64,000 nt of DNA from a virus, in IMG/VR virus record IMGVR_UViG_3300021476_000001, positions 1 through 64,000 of that record. The stretch is one strand, 5' to 3'. Both the position numbers and the translations under genes were made by a program. Below the pieces are notes generated by a model, which was not told the origin of the DNA, did not search any database, and saw nothing but the letters and a program-made list of their open reading frames with translations. Below are positions 27,073 to 36,887 of this stretch, one piece after another (the stretch's first letter is position 1; every line of letters begins with the position of its first letter).

Positions 27073-27324
27073 ATGTTCTATCTCGTGCAACCTGATGGCA
27101 CAACTTGTTTAGTTCCTTACGGAAGCTTAACAGAAGTTCAAGACGCGATAGACTCATATCCAATCCCTGACCGTTCAAAGTGTCGATACATTGAAGTGCT
27201 ACCCAATTCCACACTTATTCACAGAGCCGTTTCACCGGCTCTAGACAATGACTACTGTGGGATTCACTTCCAACGCTGCGGTGGTGGTCGCCGTGTGATC
27301 CGCAAACATAAGAGTGGAGGGTAG
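27073..27324 (+). CDS. hypothetical small protein
   Basis: ATG 27073 is preceded by aagggag. The listed ORF starts at 27010, which is an alternative start. Confidence 0.45.
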   Translation: MFYLVQPDGTTCLVPYGSLTEVQDAIDSYPIPDRSKCRYIEVLPNSTLIHRAVSPALDNDYCGIHFQRCGGGRRVIRKHKSGG

Positions 27325-27325
27325 T

Positions 27326-27649
27326 ATGCTACCAACTACAGGTGAAAGACTCGAAGTCTTTACGGCTCGTGTTAATGCAAGTGGCTTCTTGACTCAAGAG
27401 TTTGGAGCAAAGTTTGCATACCCTTGGAAAGAGTGGTTTGCCTTAGGGGACTTTCTGTTAGAGCGCTCCACTTTTGACGAAGACAAGAACATAGTTAAGA
27501 AGGGAGACTTTGACATTAGTTTGCACTTAATGATCCTAAAAGTCAAGAGGGAGGTGAAGACTAGAGGTTTGACATGCCGAATCCTGAAGAGGGATGAGTA
27601 CGGAAAACCATCAGACAGCCATATAGCTGTCTACTGTAAAAGAGGGTGA
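27326..27649 (+). CDS. small protein, member of the KY(P)WxEW family
   Basis: ATG 27326 follows ggaggg. Contains KFAYPWKEWF and RILKRDEYG, which match the 48912..49448 product. Confidence 0.5.
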   Translation: MLPTTGERLEVFTARVNASGFLTQEFGAKFAYPWKEWFALGDFLLERSTFDEDKNIVKKGDFDISLHLMILKVKREVKTRGLTCRILKRDEYGKPSDSHIAVYCKRG

Positions 27650-27654
27650 AGACC

Positions 27655-29160
27655 ATGCCAAAAACGGTGAAGAAACTACCAGTCCAACCGATTACTCCAA
27701 CCTCTCCTGTAGAGGAACCCACTAACAGTGAATCGGTAAAGGCTCCGGAGTTGGACCTACCAGTGATCTATGACAAGTTTGAGATTACTGAGTGTAGTAC
27801 TACGTCTCAGAGTGGACCTATTACAGCTAGTGACTGGAAGGAGATCCTCGACTGGGTGACCGAAAAAGAGTTCCAGCAGAGGATGGTAGTAGCAATCCCT
27901 GGTAGCAAACCAGAACACTTTGTCTTTGGTGAAGAATACCACTGCAAGAACCTTGCAGGGGAAAAGGTTCGATGCCTTCGTAACTCTTACAACCGATCAT
28001 TTGATAAAGATTGGTGTGATGACCTTATTCACACTCACCTGTCTGGACAATGGGCAGGACCATACACAATTCCTGGTGAGACGGTCAATGGTGAGACCGT
28101 TCGTGTATCAAAGTACGGACTTGTACTATCTGGTCAACATACTGGCACTGCCTGTATCTTAGCAGATGAAAAACTTAAGAAAGACCAAAAAGACCTTGGA
28201 ACTGCTGCTGCTGACGAGAAGTATCCAGCCTGGAAAGGTCAGCAAGAAGTCTTTACAGAGACCATCCTTATTACTGGAATGTCACAAGACCCACGAGTCT
28301 TAATGACTGTGGACTATGTTAAGCCACGTACTACGGCTGATGTATTTTACACAAGTCCAGTGTTCAAAGAGAATAAAGGTGTAAAACGTAAAGAGCTATG
28401 TCGTATGCTTGCAGCAGCAGCTGACGAAAGCTGGTCTCGTACAGCTACTCGCGGTTATAAGACTCACCCGGAAATAGTTGCTTTCCTGGATCGACACTTG
28501 AAGTTGCTAGACTATGTTCTCTTTCTCTTCAAAGAGAACAGCGCTGAAGCCGGTCGAAGGATCAGTAAACTCAACCTTAGCCCAGGTCAGAGTGCAGCAT
28601 GGATGTTTTTGATGGTAAGTAGTGGACCACAGACGGATGGCGACATCTATCGCAATGAGAACCCACCAAGCCAGAAAAACTTAGACTTCTCTTACTTGGA
28701 TAAGGCCAAAGAGTTCTGGACCCAGTTGGCTGTAGGTAGGGACTTTATACCAGTAAGAGCAGCACTTGGTAGGCTGATGGACTCGAAGGTATACAGTGAG
28801 GAGAATCAAGGACTGGGAGGACGAAAAGATGAAAAAGTAGCAGTTATTGCAAAAGCGTGGGAGGTCTTTAAAGACCATCCTACAACCGCAGGACCGCCAT
28901 TCAGTGAGGAGGATTTAGGACCAGACGGCGCTCTTTGCTTAAGCTACAGTAACTTTGGTGACGATGGAAAAACTCTCCCTAATGGTCAGATAAAGCTGCT
29001 TGATATTGCTGACTTCTATGGTATTGACTGTCCGAGAGAGGGTTCAGGGAAGACCAACAGGGACGCTCCTCCGATGCCAGAGCCACCAACACCAGAACAG
29101 ATTGAGAAGGGACTACAAGAGGTTCAGATCAGAAGGCACTTAGGGAAGAAGGAGAAGTAG
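27655..29160 (+). CDS. hypothetical protein, possible ParB/DGQHR-like N-terminal region
   Basis: ATG 27655 (MPKTVKK). NSYNRSFDKDWCDDLIHTHLSGQWAG..LVLSGQHTGTA vaguely resembles ParB/Srx-fold motifs. Weak call. Confidence 0.3.
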   Translation: MPKTVKKLPVQPITPTSPVEEPTNSESVKAPELDLPVIYDKFEITECSTTSQSGPITASDWKEILDWVTEKEFQQRMVVAIPGSKPEHFVFGEEYHCKNLAGEKVRCLRNSYNRSFDKDWCDDLIHTHLSGQWAGPYTIPGETVNGETVRVSKYGLVLSGQHTGTACILADEKLKKDQKDLGTAAADEKYPAWKGQQEVFTETILITGMSQDPRVLMTVDYVKPRTTADVFYTSPVFKENKGVKRKELCRMLAAAADESWSRTATRGYKTHPEIVAFLDRHLKLLDYVLFLFKENSAEAGRRISKLNLSPGQSAAWMFLMVSSGPQTDGDIYRNENPPSQKNLDFSYLDKAKEFWTQLAVGRDFIPVRAALGRLMDSKVYSEENQGLGGRKDEKVAVIAKAWEVFKDHPTTAGPPFSEEDLGPDGALCLSYSNFGDDGKTLPNGQIKLLDIADFYGIDCPREGSGKTNRDAPPMPEPPTPEQIEKGLQEVQIRRHLGKKEK

Positions 29161-29161
29161 G

Positions 29162-29392
29162 ATGAGTACCACTTTAGTAGACATGGCAAAGGTAACGCAG
29201 TTACTTGACGTAGGTTGGACTGTCTCACTCTTTAAGAACTCACTAGGGAGTTATACTGCGAGGGCTAGAAAGTTTAGAGGTCTAAAGAACCTACTTACAG
29301 CGGAGACTGTTTTAGTGGAAACAGACGACTTCACGCCAGAGCAGGCACTGACTAGGCTTGCATATAAGACAGTGGATAACGTGATCCTATAA
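29162..29392 (+). CDS. hypothetical small protein
   Basis: ATG lies 1 nt after the upstream stop, and the upstream sequence contains ggagaag. Confidence 0.45.
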   Translation: MSTTLVDMAKVTQLLDVGWTVSLFKNSLGSYTARARKFRGLKNLLTAETVLVETDDFTPEQALTRLAYKTVDNVIL

Positions 29393-29591
29393 CTCACACA
29401 AGGCCGAAACGTGGATGGAGGTGGTCTTTACTCTCGAAGGGAAAAGAGCTGCTTGCAGTCTCTACATACCGGCGGACTAATTGACCATCTCTGTCCTGTA
29501 GCACTGTAGTTCAGTGCCTGACGAGGCCAGTTTAGACCTTGGGGAAGCAGCAACCTGAAAGCTGCGGACTTACCGACGAAAGAGGTAGACC

Positions 29592-32060
29592 ATGAGACAG
29601 CACGAGATCAAGGTGGGTGGGTTGTACTTGGCAAAGGTGTCAGGGAGGATTACAACAGTACGGGTGGAGAGAATAGTACATCCACGCTTTATTGTGACAA
29701 ACCTTTCTACAAGACGTAGACTCACTTTCTATAGCGCTGCAAAGTTTCGGTGTGAGACAAAGTCAGTAAAGCCTTATGAGCAGGAACATGCGACAGCGCT
29801 TACTAATGAAAACGAACTGAGAACGGAACAACCCGTAAACCCTCAGCAACTGGACAGCTCCATAGCTGTCCATACAACAGCTACCAGCCAAGTCTTGTTA
29901 CAGGAAGGTGTCGCTGTCACAGATGCAGACCTCCAAAACCCTACCACACAGGTCTCAGAATCGGTCCCCTCGGTGGACTCGTCTAAGGAGGATGAGCAGT
30001 GCTCGGACCCTATGAGTGCTCAACAGACCCAAAAACTGGGACAATTTTCAACTGCAACGACCTCAGTTGCCCAGTCCACGGAGAATGGAACATTGAAATC
30101 TTTGGCTGCAAAGATCGCGGCTAACAGTATTGGTCGCCAAGTTGGATCACCCGTTGCTGGTATGACTCCTAATGGGGAGCAAGAGTCCATACTTGCTCTA
30201 GCAATTGAACAAGGTCTAAAGGTCTTAGTAGTGGGTGCAGGCGCTGGGAGTGGTAAGACAGCTACTTGCAAGATGCTGGAGGAGGTGCTTCAGGGTAGGG
30301 GTCTGTATACCTGCTTCTCCAGACCTCTAGTGGATGAAGCTAAGACAAAGTTCAAAAAGGCTAGGTGCAGTACACAACATGGGCTTGCCTACCAGCAAGT
30401 TGGTATGAAATATCAGCTCCGTCTCAATAGAGAACGCGTGAAGAGTTGGCAGATTGCTAAGATGCTTAATATCCAACCATTTACGGTTATATTGAAGGGA
30501 ATGGGAGACCCAGACGTAGATGGAAAGCCTACGGACAAGACAAAGATTATAACTGCCGAGTTTCTTGCTGGCCAAGTGTTAGTAGCTATCCGTAAGTTTT
30601 GCCAGAGTGCAGACAAGGAGATTAGCTCCAAACATATTGGGTATGTTGAGGGTATTGACGCCTTCACTGAACAGACGAACGAGTACGGGAAGACCTATAA
30701 ACAGCGTGGCCGTGAGAACAACGACACTGTTAAGAACTACCTTGTTCCATTCTGTCAGAAGGCTTGGGCAGACATTGTAGACCCTAATGGTCAATTACCC
30801 TTTAGCCATGACTGCTATGTTAAGATATGGCAGCTCCAGGAGGGTGAAAATAGACCACTTATCCAAGCAGACTATATCTTGCTGGATGAGTACCAAGACA
30901 CCGCAGAAGTGTTCTTAGATGTCATTAGGCAGCAGACCCATGCACTCTTGGTGATGGTTGGTGATGACAACCAACGTATCTATGAGTGGCGTGGCGCTGT
31001 AAATGCAGGAGACTACTTTCCTGATGCACCACGTCGGATGCTAAGTCAGTCCTACCGATTTGGTCAATCTGTAGCTGACGTTGCCAACACTATATTAGCT
31101 ACGTTAGACTTACCAACTAAGTTGGTTATGCGTGGTATGCCCTCCATTCCTTCAAGAGTTGTGCCGATATCAGAGGAGGATGTAAAGTGCTATATCTACC
31201 GCACTAATGCTGGTGCAGTCGGTAGGCTTATGACCGCTACCACTGAAGACAAGAAGCCTTGCTTGGTTGGTGGTAAAGAGTATATTAGTGATCTAACCCT
31301 ATGGTGTCAAGCTACTATAGACTTGAAGGCGAAACGTGGTACACGCTTTCAAGAGTTGGCCTGCTTCAGCGACTGGAAAGAAGTTGTTGAGTATGCTAAG
31401 ACAGATGAGGGGAAGGATTTTCAACTGATGGTTAAGTTAGTTGAGGACTTTGGTGCCGAGAAGATACGAGATGCACTAAAGAACATGCCTGATGAGAGGG
31501 ACGCAGACTTTGCCGTAATTACTGCCCACAAGTCTAAAGGACGTGAATGGGACAATGTTAAACTAGGGCAGGACTTTCCACTCGAGAACCGCATGAATGA
31601 CGAAGAGCGCCGGCTGCTCTATGTTGCTGCTACTCGTGGTAAATACCAACTAGACATTACCGAGTGTCCGCCGTTCTGTGGTGGGTATGAGAAGAGTGGA
31701 GACCGTGCGTGGGTTCCCGGTCTAAAGGTCCTATATACTAAACCCATGCCAGATGAAGATGAACTGGCTGCTTACTTTCAAAGAGAGGAAAGTGGGAAGG
31801 GTGGACATAACAAAGAAGAGAGGAAGGAACCTGTTATTGCTCAGACAGCACAGTCGGCTCCAGTTGAGCTGGTGAACGGGAGACCCATTACCTATACAAA
31901 GCTGTATAGTGGTGCATGGGGTATTCGCTCTGGTGGTGATCTACAACCAGGACAGGTTGTAGTAGTTACAAAAAGGAGTGGTCAGAAGGACTTCAAAACC
32001 GTTGATAAGTCAGTGTATACTAACCATGAAGACGGTGTGCATCTATACTCAATTAAGTAA
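29592..32060 (+). CDS. superfamily 1 UvrD/PcrA-type DNA helicase with ~200-aa N-terminal extension
   Basis: Walker A is VVGAGAGSGKTATC. Further motifs are ILLDEYQDTAEVF, VGDDNQRIYEWRGA, SYRFGQ, VITAHKSKGREWDNV and LLYVAATRGK. Confidence 0.8.
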   Translation: MRQHEIKVGGLYLAKVSGRITTVRVERIVHPRFIVTNLSTRRRLTFYSAAKFRCETKSVKPYEQEHATALTNENELRTEQPVNPQQLDSSIAVHTTATSQVLLQEGVAVTDADLQNPTTQVSESVPSVDSSKEDEQCSDPMSAQQTQKLGQFSTATTSVAQSTENGTLKSLAAKIAANSIGRQVGSPVAGMTPNGEQESILALAIEQGLKVLVVGAGAGSGKTATCKMLEEVLQGRGLYTCFSRPLVDEAKTKFKKARCSTQHGLAYQQVGMKYQLRLNRERVKSWQIAKMLNIQPFTVILKGMGDPDVDGKPTDKTKIITAEFLAGQVLVAIRKFCQSADKEISSKHIGYVEGIDAFTEQTNEYGKTYKQRGRENNDTVKNYLVPFCQKAWADIVDPNGQLPFSHDCYVKIWQLQEGENRPLIQADYILLDEYQDTAEVFLDVIRQQTHALLVMVGDDNQRIYEWRGAVNAGDYFPDAPRRMLSQSYRFGQSVADVANTILATLDLPTKLVMRGMPSIPSRVVPISEEDVKCYIYRTNAGAVGRLMTATTEDKKPCLVGGKEYISDLTLWCQATIDLKAKRGTRFQELACFSDWKEVVEYAKTDEGKDFQLMVKLVEDFGAEKIRDALKNMPDERDADFAVITAHKSKGREWDNVKLGQDFPLENRMNDEERRLLYVAATRGKYQLDITECPPFCGGYEKSGDRAWVPGLKVLYTKPMPDEDELAAYFQREESGKGGHNKEERKEPVIAQTAQSAPVELVNGRPITYTKLYSGAWGIRSGGDLQPGQVVVVTKRSGQKDFKTVDKSVYTNHEDGVHLYSIK

Positions 32061-32144
32061 CTTGTTTTTGCAGCTGTAATGCTGGCAGAGTTGCTAACAG
32101 ATGCAGTGCTCAAGTCAATCCCAGACTACATGGTGGATTGACTA

Positions 32145-32275
32145 CGGTGCCGGCCTCCCCCTGCCCCTACGTTCGCCCACACGGGCCGGGGACGGCCGCT
32201 GGGACGCGTCTACAGGGCAGCCAGGGGGCCGGCAAATGGTATTCCTGGCGGCGAGCCAGCGGCCAGGTACCAGCC
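32145..32275. other. GC-rich intergenic island B (related to island A)
   Basis: ggtgccggcctccccctgcccctacgttcgccc..tctacaggg (32209-32217) parallels ggtgccgag..cccctcccctacccgccc..tctacagg in island A. Confidence 0.55.
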
Positions 32276-32343
32276 TCTGATGAGAGTTGTTGGTGTGCGG
32301 CTATATTCGGTTGAGTAACCTGTTCCTAGCACAAGGAGAAGTA

Positions 32344-32496
32344 ATGCGAGACCACATAGCTCAGTGTATTGCTGAGTGGATGTACCCTGATGACCTTTCT
32401 AAGCAGCAACAAGAGTATGACTTTCAAGTTACTCGCGACTATTCTGCATTAGAAATAACTTATGAGCAGTGGAGGGTGTTTGCAGAGAAATGCTAA
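32344..32496 (+). CDS. hypothetical small protein
   Basis: ATG 32344 is preceded by aaggagaa. The listed ORF begins at an upstream TTG (32287). Confidence 0.45.
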   Translation: MRDHIAQCIAEWMYPDDLSKQQQEYDFQVTRDYSALEITYEQWRVFAEKC

Positions 32497-32536
32497 GCAC
32501 CCCACTTAAACAGTGCCAATAAAAAGGGGTCAAAAG

Positions 32537-32734
32537 ATGCCTGAAGTTCCTTGCTTCAATGTATCCTTGGTCGGTGGGTCAGTAGTGCTACACATGAATA
32601 TGCCTATGACCCGCGACTTACTAACGTTTCTCGAAGATCCAGATGGCATGGAGGCGCATGAGTTCTCTCTACGACAGCAGTTGAGTGCTGTTATTGCTGC
32701 TGATGATAGGCGGAGAGGTAACAACAAGAGTTAG
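32537..32734 (+). CDS. hypothetical small protein
   Basis: ATG 32537 is preceded by aaaaagggg. Confidence 0.4.
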   Translation: MPEVPCFNVSLVGGSVVLHMNMPMTRDLLTFLEDPDGMEAHEFSLRQQLSAVIAADDRRRGNNKS

Positions 32735-32767
32735 ACTACTAAGTGTAAACATTGAAAGGGGTGAACC

Positions 32768-33037
32768 ATGTCTGTGGTAGATGAACGTGAACTTAGATTA
32801 CCAGTTTGGGCGCGGGAATTGATTTGCGACCTGCGTAGTCAGGTTGCAGCCAAAACGGGACCACTAGCTAGGGAGTTGGCAACCCTTCGCCCACGGGTTG
32901 AGTTGCTTCGGTCTAAAAATGAAGCACTTACTGAGTTACTAAACTGCGCCGCCAAGGGAGAGCATCCTACTGCTCAGGTGATTATGAAGGTTCTGCGGAC
33001 CTATGACCTAACTCTTACCGAGAGGAGTGACCTGTGA
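32768..33037 (+). CDS. hypothetical small protein (coiled-coil-like)
   Basis: ATG 32768 is preceded by gaaagggg. Confidence 0.45.
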   Translation: MSVVDERELRLPVWARELICDLRSQVAAKTGPLARELATLRPRVELLRSKNEALTELLNCAAKGEHPTAQVIMKVLRTYDLTLTERSDL

Positions 33038-33186
33038 TCGGTGTCTACTGGCAGTCGACTGGAGAGAATCACTTGCTTAGGTTTGATGACCTAAGCCAAG
33101 CTGCTGACTTCTGCAACTTTATGGAACAGAATGGGCATGTTGTTGAGATATACTGGCTCGGCGATGAAACTGAGCCTCAGCTATGA
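33034..33186 (+). CDS. hypothetical small protein (50 aa, below the ORF-track cutoff)
   Basis: GTG 33034 overlaps the upstream stop (GTGA). The open frame runs to TGA at 33184-33186 and encodes VIGVYWQSTGENHLLRFDDLSQAADFCNFMEQNGHVVEIYWLGDETEPQL. Confidence 0.3.
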   Translation: MIGVYWQSTGENHLLRFDDLSQAADFCNFMEQNGHVVEIYWLGDETEPQL

Positions 33187-33257
33187 AGTTACCTTCCCCC
33201 TAACGTGACCTTACTGTGGTGTGCCCAGTACCACAGTAATGGTTGGGAGTATATCTA

Positions 33258-33506
33258 GTGGAGACTGAAGCGCTTTATAGTATAGGTACTTGGGACGCAG
33301 ACCTTCAAGCATACACTCGTCAAGAAGGTCTAACTGTGCCAAGTGAGAACGTGTCTTGGAAGACTCTGCTTGAGGTGCTTCGACAGCTTCGCAGGATGGG
33401 TTACTCTGCTCACCGTCGTCGTGACTTAGATGGAGGGTATGACGATAATGACTGGGCTGTGCTTGTAGAACGAACAGATGGCAAACCCTTTGACGGAAGG
33501 AGATAA
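33258..33506 (+). CDS. hypothetical small protein
   Basis: GTG 33258 lies 8 nt after gggag. The listed start 33243 is a TTG. Confidence 0.4.
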   Translation: METEALYSIGTWDADLQAYTRQEGLTVPSENVSWKTLLEVLRQLRRMGYSAHRRRDLDGGYDDNDWAVLVERTDGKPFDGRR

Positions 33507-33508
33507 AG

Positions 33509-33703
33509 ATGAAGTGTTTAGTTGATGTGAATGTTGAACAGTTCAGTCGTGACATCCTCTTAGAGTTTGCAGCTCACAAAAATATCACTCGTTATATTGA
33601 CGAGGATATACGGAAGACACTAATTAAGAAGTTTGGTCGGAGCCTTGTCGCCAAGGTATTCGACTTTATAGATCGGAAAGAGGGCGCAAAACCATGCCAA
33701 TAG
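33509..33703 (+). CDS. hypothetical small protein
   Basis: ATG 33509 is preceded by ggaaggag. Confidence 0.45.
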   Translation: MKCLVDVNVEQFSRDILLEFAAHKNITRYIDEDIRKTLIKKFGRSLVAKVFDFIDRKEGAKPCQ

Positions 33704-34437
33704 CAAGACGAGACATATGGACCAACCACGTACAGCGCTGGAAGGACTGTACTAAATGTCCACTGTGCCAACAACGCGACAATATCTGCCTGGCACGTGG
33801 ACAAGTGCCAGCTGATATAGTCTTTATAGGTGAGGCACCTGGAGCGTCAGAGGATGCAACAGGAAAACCGTTTTGGGGACAAGCAGGCACACTTTTTGAT
33901 GATATACTTAAGAAGGTTATTGACCAGTATAATCCTTTGACTAACGCTGGTACACCGTCTTGGGCTATAACCAACCTTGTTGCTTGCTTCCCACGTGAAG
34001 CTAAAGGACGTGGAGACAATGAACCGGAGGAGAGTGAAATACAGGAGTGCTTCCCTCGCTTAGTTGAGTTCGTGCATCTGTGTAAGCCAAAGTTGATAGT
34101 GTTAGTCGGTAGACTTGCACAAGACCACATATATGGGGCAGCGCAATTTCGACTGGACTTCACTTCTGAGCAGCCAGAGTGGATACCAGATGGTAGATGC
34201 TTAGAGTTTTGTAAGATAGTCCACCCAGCTGCTATACTACGGATGCCTCTAGCTCAGAAGAACATGGCGGTCTTGAAATCTATAATTGTTCTACGGGACG
34301 CTATCGAGTTTATGGTAAACTCAAGTGGTGAGAACATTACAAACGGAGGGAGCAAAAATGCCAGTCTCACGTCGCAAGTCCACAATAGACAACAACTCAA
34401 AGACGCTTATGCAGACTATGACGACATCCCATTCTAA
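33694..34437 (+). CDS. uracil-DNA glycosylase superfamily, family 4-like
   Basis: CTKCPLC..IVFIGEAPGASEDATGKPFWGQAGTLFDDIL matches family-4 motif A, and IVHPAAILR matches motif B. Confidence 0.75.
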   Translation: MPIARRDIWTNHVQRWKDCTKCPLCQQRDNICLARGQVPADIVFIGEAPGASEDATGKPFWGQAGTLFDDILKKVIDQYNPLTNAGTPSWAITNLVACFPREAKGRGDNEPEESEIQECFPRLVEFVHLCKPKLIVLVGRLAQDHIYGAAQFRLDFTSEQPEWIPDGRCLEFCKIVHPAAILRMPLAQKNMAVLKSIIVLRDAIEFMVNSSGENITNGGSKNASLTSQVHNRQQLKDAYADYDDIPF

Positions 34438-35653
34438 GTTGATATGGACTGAGCCACCCGTAAGTCCACTTGGTAGTATTACTCAGTCGATTGACAACTC
34501 TGAGACTCTTGTACTAAATATGCCAACTTCTAAGTTAGCGTTAAACATTGCAAGTGTGCCACAGCGTCATGACAACAATAACCCACTGTGGCAAGGACCG
34601 TGTGGAAAAGGTCCGCTTGGTGGAATTACCCAGTCAATGATTGTCCGCTTTCTCTCATGCCGAGAGCGCTTTAGACTGAGATACATTCTTGGACTCGATC
34701 TATACGGTAAGTGGAATCACCGTATAGGATATGGTAACATGTGGCATATATGTGAGCAGTTTCATGCAGGTCAAGAGGAGTATGAAACACCTCTGCTCTG
34801 TCATACTCAAGAGCTAATTAGAAAATATAGAACGCAGGAAGCAGACATTGTAAAGTGGTATAATGTCTGCTTAGTCCAATTTCCAGAGTATGCTAAGTAT
34901 TGGAAGGAGCATCCAGACGTAAAAAATCGCACACCTCTTATGCGAGAGAGTGTGTTTGATGTAGGCTATATTTTGCCATCAGGACGAATGGTAAGACTAC
35001 GTGGAAAGTTTGACTCAGTAGACCTTATTACTGACAAAGTTACAGGACCAGATGGTGGTATTTATCTCCAAGAGAATAAGACGAAGGGGGACATAGATAA
35101 GCTTCAAGTAGAGCGACAGTTAAAGTTTGACTTACAGACAATGCTTTACTTGATTGCTCTGGAAAGAGTGGCATGTATTGACTACGGATCAGAAGCCCCA
35201 ATCTTAGGAGTCCGCTACAATGTGATTCGCCGACCGCTTTCAGGTGGAGTTGGCAATATCAGACCACATAAGGGTAAGGCCACTAGGAGCACTATCACTC
35301 AAGCTGAAACGGACGAGGAGTTCTATGAGCGCTTGAGACATGACTATATTGCTGATGATCCCGCATACTGGTTCTTTCGTGTAAGGTCTGAGGTGAGTAA
35401 GAAAGATATACAGGTGTTTAAGGATACTTGTTTTGATCCACTACTGGAGACTATATGTTGGTGGTATGAGCAAGTAACTAACGCTAGAACACGGCGTATT
35501 GATGATGCACCCCCTCCTATGAACTACCGTACTCCCTTCGGTGTATATAGCTCTCTAGAAGAAGGTGGTGCAACAGAGTATGATGCTTACCTTGAAACAG
35601 GTAGTGAGGCTGGACTACAACGAGTTGAAACGATGTTCCCGGAGTTACAATAA
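34358..35653 (+). CDS. PD-(D/E)XK (RecB/Cas4-like) nuclease
   Basis: ATG 34358 follows ggaggg. FDSVDLI..GGIYLQENKTKG fits a D..(E/Q)xK core. Its position next to an ATPase and a polymerase is typical of phage exonucleases. Confidence 0.55.
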   Translation: MPVSRRKSTIDNNSKTLMQTMTTSHSKLIWTEPPVSPLGSITQSIDNSETLVLNMPTSKLALNIASVPQRHDNNNPLWQGPCGKGPLGGITQSMIVRFLSCRERFRLRYILGLDLYGKWNHRIGYGNMWHICEQFHAGQEEYETPLLCHTQELIRKYRTQEADIVKWYNVCLVQFPEYAKYWKEHPDVKNRTPLMRESVFDVGYILPSGRMVRLRGKFDSVDLITDKVTGPDGGIYLQENKTKGDIDKLQVERQLKFDLQTMLYLIALERVACIDYGSEAPILGVRYNVIRRPLSGGVGNIRPHKGKATRSTITQAETDEEFYERLRHDYIADDPAYWFFRVRSEVSKKDIQVFKDTCFDPLLETICWWYEQVTNARTRRIDDAPPPMNYRTPFGVYSSLEEGGATEYDAYLETGSEAGLQRVETMFPELQ

Positions 35654-36585
35654 TGCCAGCGACAACGAGACAAGCACCTCCTAAGACTACACCTATTATT
35701 ACTAATGGAGTGTTGTCAACTGCAATACCCGTAACTTCTCTAACACAGAAGTATATTAAACTATGTATCTATGGACGTAATAGATCAGGGAAAACTACTT
35801 TAGCCGCCCAGTTTAGGAAACCTATACTATTTATTTCCTGTGAACCGGAGAACAATGGTGGTATGGATAGTGTGGCTAACATAGAGGGTATATCTCTGAT
35901 TAAGGTCTCTTCACATAAGATCAAGGGGGAGAACGTAAGCGGAAGTGCTAAAGTGGTTGTTATTGCACGTGAGTTGGCTGTTAGTAACCCATTTAGGACA
36001 GTAGTACTTAAAACAGCGACATCTCTCCAAGACATTGTTTCGGTCGAGCTTCAGGGACTATCAAAAGTTCCTGAGATGTTAACTTGGGGGACTGTGCCCG
36101 ACGGCCTATATCAACAGCGTGCATCGAAGCTAAGAGAGACTATTAGACCTTTGTTGGACCTTACTAACTGCAATGTAATTGTCTTAGCTCAGGAGAAGGA
36201 TCACAACCCAGTTGAGGACCGTGGTGGTAAGAATAAGCTCTTGCACACAATGCAGATGGGTTCCTTTTGGGCGCCAGCACTCGGTGCCACCAACGCCCAA
36301 TGGCTACAAGACGCTAGCACTTACGTGATACAGTTATATGAGGATGAGACTACACAAGATGTAGTAACCCCTCGAACGGATGCTCACGGAAAGCCTATGA
36401 CTCCGGTAGTGCAGAAAGTTGGTACGGATAAGCGTCAGCGCCATTTGCGGTTACTATATCACCCGAACTTTGCGGCTGGTGGTAAGTGGCAATACGACGA
36501 GAATTTACCTGAGTTCGTGACAGCACCGACGCCAAGAGAACTTTACTTAGTGTTAGCAAAGTATATACCGGCGCTTGAGGCATAA
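35653..36585 (+). CDS. RecA-fold ATPase (Sak4 / AAA_24-like recombination protein)
   Basis: Walker A is IYGRNRSGKTTLAAQF, and a hydrophobic strand plus acidic residue (VIVLAQEKD) follows. Start overlaps the upstream stop (TAATG). Confidence 0.6.
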   Translation: MPATTRQAPPKTTPIITNGVLSTAIPVTSLTQKYIKLCIYGRNRSGKTTLAAQFRKPILFISCEPENNGGMDSVANIEGISLIKVSSHKIKGENVSGSAKVVVIARELAVSNPFRTVVLKTATSLQDIVSVELQGLSKVPEMLTWGTVPDGLYQQRASKLRETIRPLLDLTNCNVIVLAQEKDHNPVEDRGGKNKLLHTMQMGSFWAPALGATNAQWLQDASTYVIQLYEDETTQDVVTPRTDAHGKPMTPVVQKVGTDKRQRHLRLLYHPNFAAGGKWQYDENLPEFVTAPTPRELYLVLAKYIPALEA

Positions 36586-36601
36586 TAAAGGTGTCTTCGA
36601 C

Positions 36602-36670
36602 GGTAAGGGTCAGCCGACTTTGGGGGTCGGCAAAACAGTTTACAGGGGGCTGTTGACCCTTACCTTTATT
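36602..36670 (+). terminator. nested hairpin followed by T-rich tail (terminator-like or processing element)
   Basis: ggtaagggtca (36602-36612) pairs with tgacccttacc (36654-36664). This encloses the inner hairpin ccgac-tttgggg-gtcgg (36614-36630). tttatt follows. Confidence 0.4.
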
Positions 36671-36712
36671 GACATCGCCCAGTGGTTCCACTCCGGGAGA
36701 TCGTCTTGGATA

Positions 36713-36786
36713 ACGACCGTAGAGCAGCGGCCTAGCTCGCCTGGCCCATAACCAGGAGGTCGGTGGTTCAAATCCACCCGGTCGTA
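36713..36786 (+). tRNA. tRNA with CAT anticodon, initiator-tRNA-like body
   Basis: Hand-folded cloverleaf. Acceptor acgaccg/cggtcgt, D arm gagc-agcggccta-gctc, anticodon arm cctgg-cccataa-ccagg. Variable loop aggtc, T arm ggtgg-ttcaaat-ccacc, discriminator a. 74 nt, no encoded CCA. Confidence 0.75.
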
Positions 36787-36887
36787 GTAAGTGGGAGGGG
36801 GCAGGTTGGCAGAAAAGTGTGTACACTGCCATAAAATTTTTAAGCCTGTTAACTCTCCCACCTTTTCTCGCAGTTAGGAGTTTGACT

